A stretch of DNA of 64,000 nucleotides from Longimicrobiales bacterium (GCA_965238005.1 OZ250165.1:928001-992000); one strand, 5' to 3'; counted from the stretch's first letter, positions 30,207-41,790 are shown. Made by a program: numbers and translations. The notes: generated by a model not told the origin, from the letters alone.

Positions 30207-31604
30207 TCACCGGCTCCCGCCGCCCGCCCCTACCGACCTCGGGAGCCGCACCAGCGCCATGCCGTCACTCTCCTCTACGGTGGTCCCGAATTCGGCCGAC
30301 CGCTCGATTAGGTCCCGAACGATCTTGCGGCCCAGCTCTCCGGTGGCCGGCAGTGGCCTGCCTCGGACCGAGGGCGGCTCGCCGAAGCCGAGCGTGACCG
30401 GTAGCAGACGTAGCTCGACGAGCTCTCCGCGCCGGAAGGACGGCATGGCGATAGCCCCCTCCCAAATCTCGGGATCGGCCGGGAAGCTGCGGGTGTCGCC
30501 CTGGTACCGCTCGTAGTTGAACGCGGCCACGCCGGCTGTGGGATTCAGGTCGTACCGGGCGTAGTTCTCGGCCGGGAGACGCAGCAGCGTCTCGTTCTGG
30601 AAGATGAAGTCCCCGAGGCTGTAGAGAATCGGCTTCCCGTTGTAGATCTCCACGCCCCGCAGAACGTGGGGACCATGGCCCACCATGACGTCCGCACCGG
30701 CGTCGATCACGGCGTGGGCGAACTCGATGACGAAGTCCGCGGGGATTGTCCGGTCCACGCCGCCCTCGTGGGCGTGGATCGACACTACGACGTAGTCGGC
30801 CAGTGCCTTGGCATTCCGGACGACCTCCGTGATCGCCGCGACGTCGTCAGGATCGGGTGCCGTGTGGGTGCCGGCCTCGCTCCCCACCTCGAACCGGTTC
30901 CCGAAGACCGTGAACCCGTCGCCGCTCTCTGGCACGCGGACCCCGGCATTGTTGAGCCCCTCTCGCAGTCCCTCCAGCTGGTCCCGCGTCACAACGCGCC
31001 AGCGCTCGTGCCTCAGGGGGTTCAGTCCTGGACGCCCCACGGTAGCCGCCCCCGGCAGCCCCGCCACGGAGTGCGCCGTGAAGGTCGAGGCGAGGGAGAT
31101 CAGGGCGACCCGACCGTCGGCCGTCTCCAAGAACTTCGCTTCGCGGGCTTCGTTGAGATCTTCGCCGGACCCGGCACCCACGAGACCGGCGGCTCGGGCG
31201 TACTGCCGCGTGAGGCGCGCCCCAAGGGGCCCGTAATCCCCGGTGTGGTTGTTCGCGTACGATACCATGTCGAAGCCGGCCCACACGAGCTCCTTCGCCA
31301 TCTCGGGAGCGGCGCGCATCCACGTGCCTCCACTCTGGTAGGCCGGGTACGGCTCGTAGTCGTGGAGAAGCACCTCCAGGTTTGTAAAGGCAAAGTCGCC
31401 GCTTCGCAGGAGCTCGATCATCTCCAGATAGCCCGGTTCCACGTACGGGGAGAGGGAGCGGGTGATGATGGCGTCGCCGGTGAGCGCCATGGTCATGATC
31501 CCGTCGCCGGGAGCAGGCGGGTAGGGAATGGGGGACTGTCCAGAAACTCCAGAAAGTGCCAACAGGGCGAGGGAGATGGCGAACAGTGCTGATCGAGCGC
31601 GCAT
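30207..31604 (-). CDS. CapA / PGA_cap family metallophosphatase-fold protein, exported
   Basis: ALTGD, FTNLE, ANNHTGDYG, SIHAHE, GHGPHVLRGVEIY, YSLGDF; ATG 31604 with signal peptide. Confidence 0.9.
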   Translation of the reverse strand: MRARSALFAISLALLALSGVSGQSPIPYPPAPGDGIMTMALTGDAIITRSLSPYVEPGYLEMIELLRSGDFAFTNLEVLLHDYEPYPAYQSGGTWMRAAPEMAKELVWAGFDMVSYANNHTGDYGPLGARLTRQYARAAGLVGAGSGEDLNEAREAKFLETADGRVALISLASTFTAHSVAGLPGAATVGRPGLNPLRHERWRVVTRDQLEGLREGLNNAGVRVPESGDGFTVFGNRFEVGSEAGTHTAPDPDDVAAITEVVRNAKALADYVVVSIHAHEGGVDRTIPADFVIEFAHAVIDAGADVMVGHGPHVLRGVEIYNGKPILYSLGDFIFQNETLLRLPAENYARYDLNPTAGVAAFNYERYQGDTRSFPADPEIWEGAIAMPSFRRGELVELRLLPVTLGFGEPPSVRGRPLPATGELGRKIVRDLIERSAEFGTTVEESDGMALVRLPRSVGAGGGSR

Positions 31605-31864
31605 GGTAACCTCGGGGCTAGTGTGGTGTCCCAGAAGTGTCTCGGCCATTGACCTCGCTGCGCTCGATCGTCTCGCGGTCAACTCGGCGCTCACGACGAG
31701 CATAAAGGTCGCTCGGCTCGAGCACCGATGCATCCGGCCCTGCGGCGTTCCTCCTCCTCCAAATTCCGTGACGTCCGCGTCCGCGAGCGAGGCCTGTGGA
31801 GCGTAGAATAGGGTCTTGGTGGGGCCTGAGCGAACGGACTGGGCAGCGGGAGGCTGAGCGACCC

Positions 31865-33142
31865 TCAATGGCCGGTCACGATTCGGATCCCCTCCGCCGT
31901 CGTGGTATAACCGAACCGATCCCGGACCTGTCCCGTGGGATCCACGAGGACGACGGTATCTCCGCCGTTGTTGAGGTTCAGCGGCAGGCCGCGCCGCAGG
32001 GTCGTGCCGCTGCTTCCGGCGGCGAGGGTGCCGAGATCGGCAAGGGGCCACCGGCGTAGCGCCAGGTCCTGCAGGTACCATTCCTTCAGGTCGACCGTGC
32101 CCGGGCCCTCGTTCCGGACGGTAACCTCCTCTAGCTCCCGGTCGGGACCGACGGGGTTGGGAAGCAGGCTCTCGATGACGATGCTGGTCTCGGAAGGCGT
32201 CCGGTTCTTGATGTCGAATGTATGCTGATTGGTGCTGTAGCGGACGCTGTACTGACCGCCGGACCCATCCACCGTGACCCGTATCGTCCCCTCCGGCCCG
32301 CTCGGATCTTGATCGGCGATGAAGTCGTCGGCGACGTTGCCGCCCAGTCCGCCCTTCGTTTAGCGGTTCGTCTGGAACACCGCCGGTGGCTCCGGAAGGG
32401 CGGCTAAGGCCTCCAAGGTGACTTGCCGGGGGTGGCGATAGTCGGCCCGGTCTCCGTTGGAGATAATCACGACGCTGGGTGAGAGGTCCCGGATGAAGGC
32501 CGCCGAGGTGCTTGAGTGGGAGCCGTGGTGGTTGGCCTGATGGACGTCCACGTCCGTTGCTGCGTCGAGCGTGGCGATCTTCTCTTCGGTGAACGACTCG
32601 ATGTCGCCCCCGACGAAGAGTCTGAAGCCTTGCCACTCGATGAGGAGCGCGACGCTCATGTCGTTTTCATCGTGGCCGGGCTCGGGATTCTGCTCGCCCA
32701 TGACGACTCCGCCGGAAGCGATGCAGGTCACCGTGACGGCCCCCAGCATGAAAGCTTCGCCGCGTTGTAGGTGCTGGGCGCGATGTCCCACGGCGGTGTC
32801 ATACTCGACATAACGCGCTCCCGTGCTCCTGCTAACAGGTAGGGATGCCTTGTCGCCACGGTCGTACACGTTGATGATCGGGATGGCTGGACTGACCGTG
32901 AGCTCGTCGATCCCCCCATAGTGGTCCGTGTGGTAGTGCGTGGTCACGAAGTGGTCGATCCTCTCGACGCCCGCGTTCTGAAGCACCTGACGGATTCTAC
33001 GGCCCTGGCCGTTGTCCCCTGAGTCGATGAGCAAGCTCTCGCCCGTGGGCGGGACGACGAGGGTCGCGTCCCCCTGATCCACGTCGATGTGGTAGATTTC
33101 CAACTGCTGGGCGGACAGAGATGTGCTCGCGAGGGCCGCCAT
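31865..33142 (-). pseudogene. ComEC/Rec2-like MBL-fold hydrolase with C-terminal lamin-tail domain, split by an in-frame TAA at 32360-32362
   Basis: DVDQGDATL, THYHTDHYGG, NDMS, GGD, NHHGS, YRHP; same frame continues QTNR*TKGGLGGNV...PNPVGPDRELEEVTVRN...LNNGGDTVVL. Confidence 0.8.
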
Positions 33143-33284
33143 CAGGGGAAGTATGGCAAGACGCGTTTCGGTCTCCGCGGAAGGAGCTACGGGGGGCGCC
33201 CGTCCACGTTAGACCGGGCTCGAGACACCGGCAAGCAGGCCGGGGGCGGTCCAGGAAGTCTCGCTCGGCAACGGCTTGGCGCTC

Positions 33285-34841
33285 TCACAGCGCGGGGAAA
33301 CCGGCCGGGGGCCGTCTGTGGTGCGTCCCCTGCTCGTACGCGTAGGCCAGCCGGAAGAGCAGGAGCTCGTCGTAGGGGCGCGCCAGGATCTGGAGGCCCG
33401 CCGGAAGCGTAGCGTACGTGAACCCCATGGGGACCGTGATGGCGGGCATGCCGGTCGCTGGCGCCACGAGCTGGCTGTTGTCCCCAAGGTACTCTTCTCG
33501 GGCCCGATCCAGGTGCGCCGGAGGATTCCGCCACGTGGGGTAGATGACGCCGTCCACCTCGGCGGCGTCCATGGCCGCAACCAGGTCGGATAGATACGCC
33601 TGCCTCCCCTGGTGCTCCAGGTAGTCGGGGCAGGGCGTCTCCCAGTCGCGGGGGTGCACGTCCATGGGGATCTCCTCATAGCGACGGAGCGACTGCTCGG
33701 CATAGTCGGCGTACTGGCCCGTCTCCAGCACCTCGAGAACGTCGCGGATGGGCGCTCTCTCGCCTAGGGACGACAGGTATTGGTACATGTCGTAGCGGAA
33801 GCGCCTGCAGAACATGCCCTCCCGATCGAGCTCCGCCTGGAGGTCGAACTCGAGGGGATCCACAATCGTGGCGCCGAGGCGGGCCAGGTCGGCAACGGCC
33901 TCCTCGAAGACCCTGATTACCGCCGTGTCGGCGTCCTCGGCGTCAACCAATGGGCGGAGCACCGCGAGACGTGCTCCCTCCAGGCCGTTCGGGTCCAGGC
34001 CGGCCGTATAGTCGGCCTCCTTGTGGCTGCGCCCAGCCTCGGTGTACGGGTCGGCCGGGTCGTATCCGGCGACCACATTGAAGATCCTCGCCGCGTCTTC
34101 GACGCTGCGGGCCATGGGCCCCGCGATGTCCCGGTCGAAGGAGAGGGGGATCACACCGTCCCGGCTCGTGAGGCCGATGGTGGAGCGGATCCCCACGAGA
34201 GCGAGGTGCGAAGAGGGGCCTCGGATGGAATTCCCCGTGTCGCTGCCCAGCCCTGCCACCCCGAAGCTGGCCGCGACGCCCGAGGCGGTCCCCCCGCTGG
34301 ATCCCGCCGGTACTCGGTCGAAAGCATAGGCGTTCGAGGTCGTGTCGTAGGACGAGCTCACCGTCTGGCGGGCGCTGAAGGCCCACTCCGCCATGTTGGT
34401 CTTCGCGACCACCACCGCGCCTGCCTCGCGGATACGACGTACCATGAAGGCGTCGTCAGGGGGAAGGCTCCCCATCAGGGCGATGGAGCCTCCTGTGGTG
34501 GGCAGGTCGTGGGTGTCAAAGTTGTCCTTCACGAGCATGGGCGCGCAGAAGAGCCGCGGAGGCTCGAGACCCGCCGCTAGCAGTGCGTCGAGATCGTCGG
34601 CCCTGGACAGCGCATTGGGGTTCACCACCGTAATGGCGTTGACCGTGGACTCGTCGTACGCCTCGATCCGATCGAGGTAGCCCTGCACCACCATCCGGCA
34701 CGTCGTCCGTCCGGACACGATCGCTTCCTGGATGTCGGCGATGGACGCCTCGACCACTTCGATGGGCCCCGGCGGTGGCTCACAGGCCAGCGAGACGAAG
34801 GTGATCGCGGCGAGGACCAGACGGGCTCCGGTGGAGTGCAT
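33285..34841 (-). CDS. Amidase signature family protein, probable lipoprotein
   Basis: VKDN, GSSGGT, GSDTGNSIRGP (Ser-Ser-Lys triad); SLAC lipobox. Confidence 0.92.
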   Translation of the reverse strand: MHSTGARLVLAAITFVSLACEPPPGPIEVVEASIADIQEAIVSGRTTCRMVVQGYLDRIEAYDESTVNAITVVNPNALSRADDLDALLAAGLEPPRLFCAPMLVKDNFDTHDLPTTGGSIALMGSLPPDDAFMVRRIREAGAVVVAKTNMAEWAFSARQTVSSSYDTTSNAYAFDRVPAGSSGGTASGVAASFGVAGLGSDTGNSIRGPSSHLALVGIRSTIGLTSRDGVIPLSFDRDIAGPMARSVEDAARIFNVVAGYDPADPYTEAGRSHKEADYTAGLDPNGLEGARLAVLRPLVDAEDADTAVIRVFEEAVADLARLGATIVDPLEFDLQAELDREGMFCRRFRYDMYQYLSSLGERAPIRDVLEVLETGQYADYAEQSLRRYEEIPMDVHPRDWETPCPDYLEHQGRQAYLSDLVAAMDAAEVDGVIYPTWRNPPAHLDRAREEYLGDNSQLVAPATGMPAITVPMGFTYATLPAGLQILARPYDELLLFRLAYAYEQGTHHRRPPAGFPAL

Positions 34842-34949
34842 AGTGATCTCCTTGCGTGGTTGTTTCCCGGATCGAAAGCCCCACCAAGATCGGGTGTGGC
34901 GACATGGTTGTCGAACCCTCCCCACGAGGGACCTCACGGGGCAACCGGC

Positions 34950-35190
34950 CGCCGAGCACGGTGACCGCCCTCGACGTGCACACGGGACGCCGAATCTGGA
35001 CCTGGTCTCCGTCTCTGCCTCCGGGGGTCCTGGCCATCGACGGGAAGGTCGTCATCGGCGTGAGCGGGGCGGAAGCCGGCGTCCGCGGCTTCGTGGACGC
35101 GTATGACGCCGCCACCGGAGAGCGTGTCTGGCGCCTCTACACGGTGCCGGTGCTGCTGTCACCTCCGTGGGCCGGCGTCATGTCCACGGA
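34950..35190 (+). pseudogene. Internally deleted remnant of a PQQ alcohol dehydrogenase
   Basis: TVTALDVHTGRRIWTW joined directly to LAIDGKVVIGVSGAEAGVRGFVDAYDAATGERVWRLYTVP; boundaries approximate. Confidence 0.75.
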
Positions 35191-35267
35191 TGTTCGTCAT
35201 CGGGCTGCCGTGAGGCCGGTTATGGCCTGAGGAACGAGCCCAAACCCGACGGGAACGCCGTGATCCA

Positions 35268-38185
35268 TTAGCGCTGGCCCATCCAGATGTCCTCCAGCAC
35301 GGTGACGGTGTTGGAGAGCTCCCGACCGTTCACCGAGAGCGTTACGCCGTAGACGCCCGGCTCGGCCAGGGGGCCCTGGTTTTCGTTGCCGAACCCTCCG
35401 CGGCCGCCGCCTCTGCCACCTCCGCCCTGGCCCGGCTGGCGCTCGGGGCGCTCGCCACGAAGGTCCCACTGCGCGCGGTTCAGCCCGGCCATGGCGGGCC
35501 CCTCGAGGCTTCTGAACACCTCACCGGTGAGCAGGTCGGTGATGGTTACCCTGACGTCACCCCGTGGGGCGCTCTTCAGGTGGTAGGTGATGGCCGTTCC
35601 GGCAGGTGCGTTCCGTCCCTGCCAGTTCTTGTTCCCGGTCACGGCTCGCGACAGAGTGCGATCCTGTTTCCACTGTACGGCGGCGCGCGGCTGGAAGAGG
35701 TGCGCGTCCGCATCCAGGGCCTCCTGCGTCAGATCCTGAAGCGCTGTGATGTCGTCTATGATCAGCACGCTTCGCCCGTGCGTGGCGAGCACCAGGTCGT
35801 TGTCCCTGGGGTGCACGAGAACGTCGTCGATCCGAGTCGTCGGTAGGTCGTTCATGAACCGATGCCACTCCCCGCCCTCGTTCAGTGAGACGAAGAACGC
35901 GAACTCGGTGCCCACATAGAGGAGGTCCTTGTTCCGCGGGTCCTGTCGGATCGTGTTCACGTTGCCATACTCCGGCAGGTTTGTGCTGATGGACTCCCAG
36001 CCCTCGCCGTAGTTGCGGGTGACGAAGACGTAAGGCCGAAGGTCGTCGCTCTTGTGACCGTCCAGTGAGATGTAGGCGGTCCCCGCGTCGAAGTGGGAGG
36101 CCTCCACACGGGAGACGTAGTACTCCATGGTGCCTCCGGGGACGTTCTGCCCTACCTCGGTCCAGGTGGTCCCTCCGTCACGGCTCACCTGAACGTTGCC
36201 GTCGTCGGTCCCCACCCACAGGAGGCCGGGGACCAGCCTGGACTCCGCTACCGATACCATGGTGCTGTAGCTGCGCACACCGTCGTTTCGCGACAGAATG
36301 CACTCTTGGCCCCGGTTCAGGGCTTCACATCGGGGGAGGCCGTTGTACTGGTCCATGATCTCCACTTCGTCCCGATCGATGTTCTTGGTCAGATCCGGGC
36401 TCATTGTCCACGTGTCGCCCTGGTCTGAGACCTGAACAGCCGGTTGCCGCCCGCGTAGACGACGCGTGGGTTGTGAGGAGACAGGATGAACGGGGTGTTC
36501 CAGTTCCAGCGGATCTCCGTTCCCACCGGAGGGGCCGGAACGATGTTGGTGTTGGCGCTGTCCTCTGTGGGCGGTTGCGGGTGGATGCTCTGCTGCTCGC
36601 CGGTGGTCAGGCTCACTCGCCGGATTCTTCCGTTCTGGGATTCCGCGTAGACCGTGTTGAAATCGGTGGGATCCACCGCCGAGTAGAATCCATCGCCGCC
36701 GCCGACCCGGTACCAATCCTGGCTGAGGATGCCATCCGTCCGCACCGAGCTGGGTCCGCACCAGGTGCCGTTGTCCTGTAGTCCAGTGCAGACGTAGTAG
36801 GGGCGGCGCATGTCCACGGAGGCGTGATAGGGCTGGCCGACCGCCCACGTCCGAAGCGACTCCCAGGCCTCTCCCTGGTCGTAGCTCACGTCCACCGAGC
36901 CGTCGTTGCCGATCATGAGGTGATCGCCGTCCTTGGGGTTGATCCAGAAGGCGTGTTGGTCGACATGGCCGTATCCTTCCAGCCGCTCGAACGTCTGACC
37001 GCCGTCCTTGGACTTGTAGACTCGCTGGTCCACGACGTACACGGTCTCCGGGTCCGTCGGGTCCACGCGCATCTGGCTGAAGTACATGGGCCGCCCGTTC
37101 TCATTGCTGCGGAACTCCCAAGTTCGCCCCTTGTCGGTGGACCTCCAGATGCCGTTGTACTGAGGGTCCGGTGGCAAGGAGTCCACTTCCGACAGGCGCT
37201 CCCACTCCTCCCGCCCTTCGTCCGAGAGCGGCTCCTCCCGATCGGCGGCCACCTCGATCTGAGCGTACACCACTTCGGCATCCGCCGTGGTCATGGCGAG
37301 GGCGATACGGCCCATGGTCCCGTTGGGAAGACCGTTGCCCGTGAGGCGAGTCCAGCTCTCGCCCCCGTCGTCGGACCGCCAGATTCCGCTTCCAGGGCCT
37401 CCTCCCACGAAGCAGCACGCCGTCCGGCGCCGCTGGTAGGTGGCGGCGAACAGAGTGTTCGGGTTGGACGGGTCCATGACCAGGTCCGTGGCGCCCGTGT
37501 TTTCATCCACGTAGAGCACCTGGTCCCAAGACGTGCCGCCATCCGTCGTCTTGAAGACACCACGCTCCTCGTTGGGCCCGAAGAGGTGTCCGTTGGCGGC
37601 CACCCAGACCACGTCGGGGTCGCTGGGATGTACCAGGACGCGGGAGATGGACTGGGTCTCGGTGAGCCCCACGTGGGTGAACGTCTCACCGGCGTCCGCG
37701 GACCTGTAGACGCCCGCGCCCAAGGACGAGCTCTGGCGGTTGTTCGACTCCCCTGTGCCCATCCACACAATGTCCGGGTCGGACGGAGCGATGGAGATGT
37801 CACCCACCGACGCCGTGGCGTAGGTGTCGAAGACGGGACGGAACGTCACACCGTGGTTTGTCGTCTTCCAGAGGCCGCCGGTGGCGAAGCCGACGAAGAA
37901 GGTGCGGACGTCCGCGGGTGAGACCGCGATGTCGTCGACACGCCCGCCCTGCCCGATGGGCCCGATGGAGCGCCAGCGGAACGGCCTGAGCAGGGGATGG
38001 TCCGACTGGTTGAGCACCTCCGCTTCGTCCCCACGGGGCGTCTGGCCAGGCAGGGGCAGCGACCAGCAGAGCGCGATGAGAGCGATGGCGGGACACCGGA
38101 GCCAACGAAGACAAGACATGGAGCCACTCCTACCAACGAGGTGAAACGGCATGGGCTGCCCTCCCCGGCGAGAGGGGAGGGACAA
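35268..38185 (-). pseudogene. VPS10/BNR-repeat protein with a single frameshift near 36430
   Basis: WRSIGPIGQGGRVDD...GLQDNG...GGNRLFRS then SDQGDTW...ATHGRS in another frame; one base missing at TCT CA GAC. Confidence 0.82.
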
Positions 38186-38363
38186 TGTCGAGACCCCGAC
38201 GGTTCCCTGTCAACGAAGGGAGCGGGGCTCGGGAGGGTGCCGGCCTCGCATAGTCGAGTCGGCGGTCCGAGGCCATGCCCTGCGGGGTGCCTGTGAGGCA
38301 GAGCTGCGAAGTGTCCGAGGCGGCCCTGCAGGGGGTCTTGGAGGAGGTGCAGCAGTGGCTCCG

Positions 38364-38924
38364 TCAGAAGTCGTAGTAGGGCGCCATCATGACGTAGACC
38401 AGGACGCCTGTGACGGCAACGTACATCCAGACGGGCAGCGTCCACCGGGCCAGCCGACGGTGCTTTACCAGCTCTCCACGCACCGCTCTAGACAGGGTGA
38501 ACAAGACGAGCGGAACCAGGATGGGCGCCAGCGAGATATGCGTGATGAAGATGAAGAAGTAGGCGGGACGCACCCAGCCAACACCGCCGAAGTGGCTCTG
38601 TGGTGCCTGTGAGTGATACGTCACGTACGAGGTCAGGAAGAGGCACGACAGCCCAAAGCTCATGGACATCAGGTGGAGGTGCGTCTTCCGCCGTCCACTC
38701 CGGATCGCCAGATATCCGGCCGTAAGGAGCACCGCGGTGGTGCCGTTCATGAATGCGTGCAGGCGTGGGAGCCTGGACACGTCGAGCCCGTCCAACCGCA
38801 GCGCTTGCGGAAATGCGGCCAGGGCGGCCACAAGCCCGCCGACGAGGAGCGTCAGCGTGAAGATACCGACCCAGAGCGTGAGCTCGCTCGGGCCGCCCAG
38901 CGGAGGGTCGGTGCCTTCAGTCAT
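38364..38924 (-). CDS. DUF420 membrane protein (CtaM-like)
   Basis: HAFMNG, FLTSYVTYH, YFFIFITHI, HRRLARWTLPVWMYVAVTGVLVY. Confidence 0.9.
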   Translation of the reverse strand: MTEGTDPPLGGPSELTLWVGIFTLTLLVGGLVAALAAFPQALRLDGLDVSRLPRLHAFMNGTTAVLLTAGYLAIRSGRRKTHLHLMSMSFGLSCLFLTSYVTYHSQAPQSHFGGVGWVRPAYFFIFITHISLAPILVPLVLFTLSRAVRGELVKHRRLARWTLPVWMYVAVTGVLVYVMMAPYYDF

Positions 38925-38979
38925 GTCCTGATCGAACGGTGTGTCCGGTGTGATGGCCCGGAGCGGACTAGTCCAGCGG

Positions 38980-41664
38980 CTAGTCGCGGCGCCCCATGAT
39001 GTCGTCGCTGATCGTCTGCTTTTCAGTGTCGGGGCTCCTCAGGTGCACATCGAGCCACGCCGCCCAGCGCCCCCAGAGGTCCAGGAGCGTCTCCTTCGTC
39101 GCGGGCCCGTGGTCCTCGAAGGGATACAGGTACATGGCGGCTTCCTTCCCCAGTCCGTTCAGCGCGTGGAACAGCCTGGGCGAGTGATCCGGGTCGGTCC
39201 CCTGATTCTGGTCGTGGAGGCCGTGATACAAGAGGAGTGCTCCCGTGAGGTTGTTTGCGTACAGGAAAGGCGACATCCCCAGGTAGACGTCCTTGGCGTC
39301 CCACAGGAAGCGGCGCTCGGTCTGGAAGCTGAGCGGCGTGAAGGTGCGGTTGTAGTTCCCGTCACCGGCGATGCCGGCCTTGAAGAAGGGTGTGTGCACC
39401 ATGGCGTTCACAGTGGAGAAAGCACCATAAGAGTGTCCCCCAAGCCCAAGTCTGCGCCGGTCGATGATCTCTCGGCGGTCGAGCTCGTCGATCACCGCGG
39501 CCAGGTTGTTCCTCAGGTCGTGCTTGTAGTTGTTGTTCATCTGACCCGGCTTGCCCACGATGGGGGCGTCGGGCTCGACGACCGCGTAGCCGAGACGGAT
39601 CAGGTACTCGATGGAGCGCACCCCGAAGTTGGGGAAGGCGTTCCTGTTGTAGGTGCGTCCCCGCTCGTCATAGCTCTCCTGGTCCTCGTACTCCCTGGGA
39701 TAGAACCAGAACATGGCCGGAAGCCGTGTGCCCGGCCGGTACCCGGTCGGCAGCGTGACGTTGACCAGGAACCGGAAGCCGTCGGGGCGATCGACGGTGA
39801 AGCGCTCTCTGGGAGCCGCAGTCAGGTCAGGCGTGTAGTCCACGTTGTTCGTGATCTGAAGCCGTCTCTCTCCCTGCACGAGATACGACTGGGCGACCTC
39901 GGTCGGCGACTCTCGCGACACGATGAAGCGTCCAGTGTCGATGTCGAGGATGGAGGTAGGGTGCTCCCACACGCCCTCGATTTCGCTTTCGAAAACCCGC
40001 TCCTTCTCTCCGGTTCGGATGTTAACCCGGTCCAGGAATGTCACGGGCGACACCTCCAGAGGGTCCTCGTTGTACCGGGTCCCATAGAAGAAGACATACC
40101 CGCCGTCGGCCGAGAGCTGCACGGACCGATCGCCGACGTCGACCCTGCCGCGTCTGAAACGACCGCCAGTGGCAGGAAGAGCGCCACCCGTCATGACGAG
40201 GTTTCCGGGCGTCGAGTAAAAGTCCTCCGAGTCGTATGCGACCAGCGTGTGTGCCGCGGTCTCCGGATCGTCGAGGAACACGGCGTACTCAAGCACCTTC
40301 TCGCTTCTGCGCTCGGTGACGAAGAGGATCGCCATGTCCGCGGAGAAGCGGTGGGCAGACATGCGGTTGTCACTCTCGTAGACCACCGAGAGGGTGGTGC
40401 TGTCGAAGGGCGGGAGCCACTGCATGACCCGGTCCTTGCGACGATCGGGCCGATCGTCCCCCAACGGCTCATCCTCGGGCTCCGCCTCGTCGTCCCCGTC
40501 CTCGCCCGGCTCCTGCTCCAGGAACGTCAGGCCGCGCCCGTCCACGCGCCACCTAATCTGACGGCGCCCTTGCTCGTCGTCCTCTGCGAACCGCTGCGAC
40601 CCCGGCTGAGGCTGGTTCGGATCGGGGTCCGCACCCAGAAGGCCGGTATTCATCGGTGTCCTGTCCAACTCCGCCAAGACGTTCCCCTCGAGATCCCAGA
40701 CCTCCTCGACGCGGCCGAAGTTGTCGACCGGGATGATGTAGCTGAAGGGATGCTCTATCCGTGTCACGCGAGCGTACCGCCCGTCGGCGGAGAAGTCGAA
40801 GCTTCGCACGAGGGTCGGCTCACCGATGAGCTCCGTGTCCCGGCTGTCTACGTCCACCAGGGCGAGCTGCCCCGTGGCGTGCCAGGCCAAAAGCGCCTCA
40901 TCGTATGGGGTGGCCATGAGGCTCGCGAAGGTCCGCAAGCGGTTCTCGCCCTCTTCCGTCATCTTGACCCGTGGGCCCGTGGGCACGGCGGACTCCACGG
41001 GCATGGGCGGGCGGTTCTCCGGGATCAGGACCGTCGCGATCTCGTCTCCGCCGGCCGTCCACTCGTACGAGGTGACGAGGGTGGCAAGTACGGCCCGCCG
41101 GGTGACCCTCCGAGACCCGCCGGTGGCGGGGTCGGCGACGTAGACGTGCGTGCCGTCGTCGAAGTGAGCGAAGAAGGCCAATCTCGACCCGTCGGGCGAC
41201 CAGGAGGCGTTGGAGACGCGGGCACCCCGGGGAACTTCGATCTGCACCTTCGATCCGTCCGTCGCCGAGATCACCTCGATGCCGACGTTGTTCCGCGTGG
41301 TCAGCCGGCGGCTGCGGTTCGCCGCATAGTCGATGAACTGGCCGCCGAGCTCGTGAAAGGGCTTGGAGAAGACGTCCATGGTGACCGGGCCATCCCCCAC
41401 CTCGCGCAGGAACCACTTCTTGTCGGGGCTCACGTCCGAGAGCGTCACATTCAGGTAGCGCGGTGCCAACACGGCCTCTGTGACGACGTCGGGCGGCGAC
41501 ACGAACTGCTTTTCCTCGAGAACCTGGCGGGCGTCCCAGGCTGCATTCTGGTCCTGGCCCCGGCTCGGCGAGGGAAGCAGCAGCAGAAGGGAGTAGACCA
41601 ACAGGACCGGTAGGACCGGGGAGAGCCAGCTAGGTAGAGAGATCGGATGGGTGCGATCAGTCAT
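38980..41664 (-). CDS. Peptidase S9 (prolyl oligopeptidase-like), exported
   Basis: WFYPREY, GHSYG nucleophile, DQNQGT, YPFEDHG; N-terminal propeller. Confidence 0.9.
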   Translation of the reverse strand: MTDRTHPISLPSWLSPVLPVLLVYSLLLLLPSPSRGQDQNAAWDARQVLEEKQFVSPPDVVTEAVLAPRYLNVTLSDVSPDKKWFLREVGDGPVTMDVFSKPFHELGGQFIDYAANRSRRLTTRNNVGIEVISATDGSKVQIEVPRGARVSNASWSPDGSRLAFFAHFDDGTHVYVADPATGGSRRVTRRAVLATLVTSYEWTAGGDEIATVLIPENRPPMPVESAVPTGPRVKMTEEGENRLRTFASLMATPYDEALLAWHATGQLALVDVDSRDTELIGEPTLVRSFDFSADGRYARVTRIEHPFSYIIPVDNFGRVEEVWDLEGNVLAELDRTPMNTGLLGADPDPNQPQPGSQRFAEDDEQGRRQIRWRVDGRGLTFLEQEPGEDGDDEAEPEDEPLGDDRPDRRKDRVMQWLPPFDSTTLSVVYESDNRMSAHRFSADMAILFVTERRSEKVLEYAVFLDDPETAAHTLVAYDSEDFYSTPGNLVMTGGALPATGGRFRRGRVDVGDRSVQLSADGGYVFFYGTRYNEDPLEVSPVTFLDRVNIRTGEKERVFESEIEGVWEHPTSILDIDTGRFIVSRESPTEVAQSYLVQGERRLQITNNVDYTPDLTAAPRERFTVDRPDGFRFLVNVTLPTGYRPGTRLPAMFWFYPREYEDQESYDERGRTYNRNAFPNFGVRSIEYLIRLGYAVVEPDAPIVGKPGQMNNNYKHDLRNNLAAVIDELDRREIIDRRRLGLGGHSYGAFSTVNAMVHTPFFKAGIAGDGNYNRTFTPLSFQTERRFLWDAKDVYLGMSPFLYANNLTGALLLYHGLHDQNQGTDPDHSPRLFHALNGLGKEAAMYLYPFEDHGPATKETLLDLWGRWAAWLDVHLRSPDTEKQTISDDIMGRRD

Positions 41665-41790
41665 TTCCGCCTCCAGGAATCCTCATGAGTGGGTCGCCGG
41701 GACGCACCGACTGACGGGCCGGTCTTGTCTTACCTCAGGGGATGGAGCCCCCGAGGGCGTCCTCAAATGCTTTTTCGGGCTACTATTAAG

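Noticed and set aside
31605..32636. N-terminal extension of the 809-aa CapA ORF
   Set aside because: It is Arg/Pro-rich, off-frame overlap with the MBL/LTD gene; the signal peptide begins at 31604.
38941..41613. Long antisense ORFs (890 aa here; also 1171..2595, 6172..7614, 21865..23208)
   Set aside because: These are shadows of well-supported opposite-strand genes in high-GC DNA and carry no motifs.
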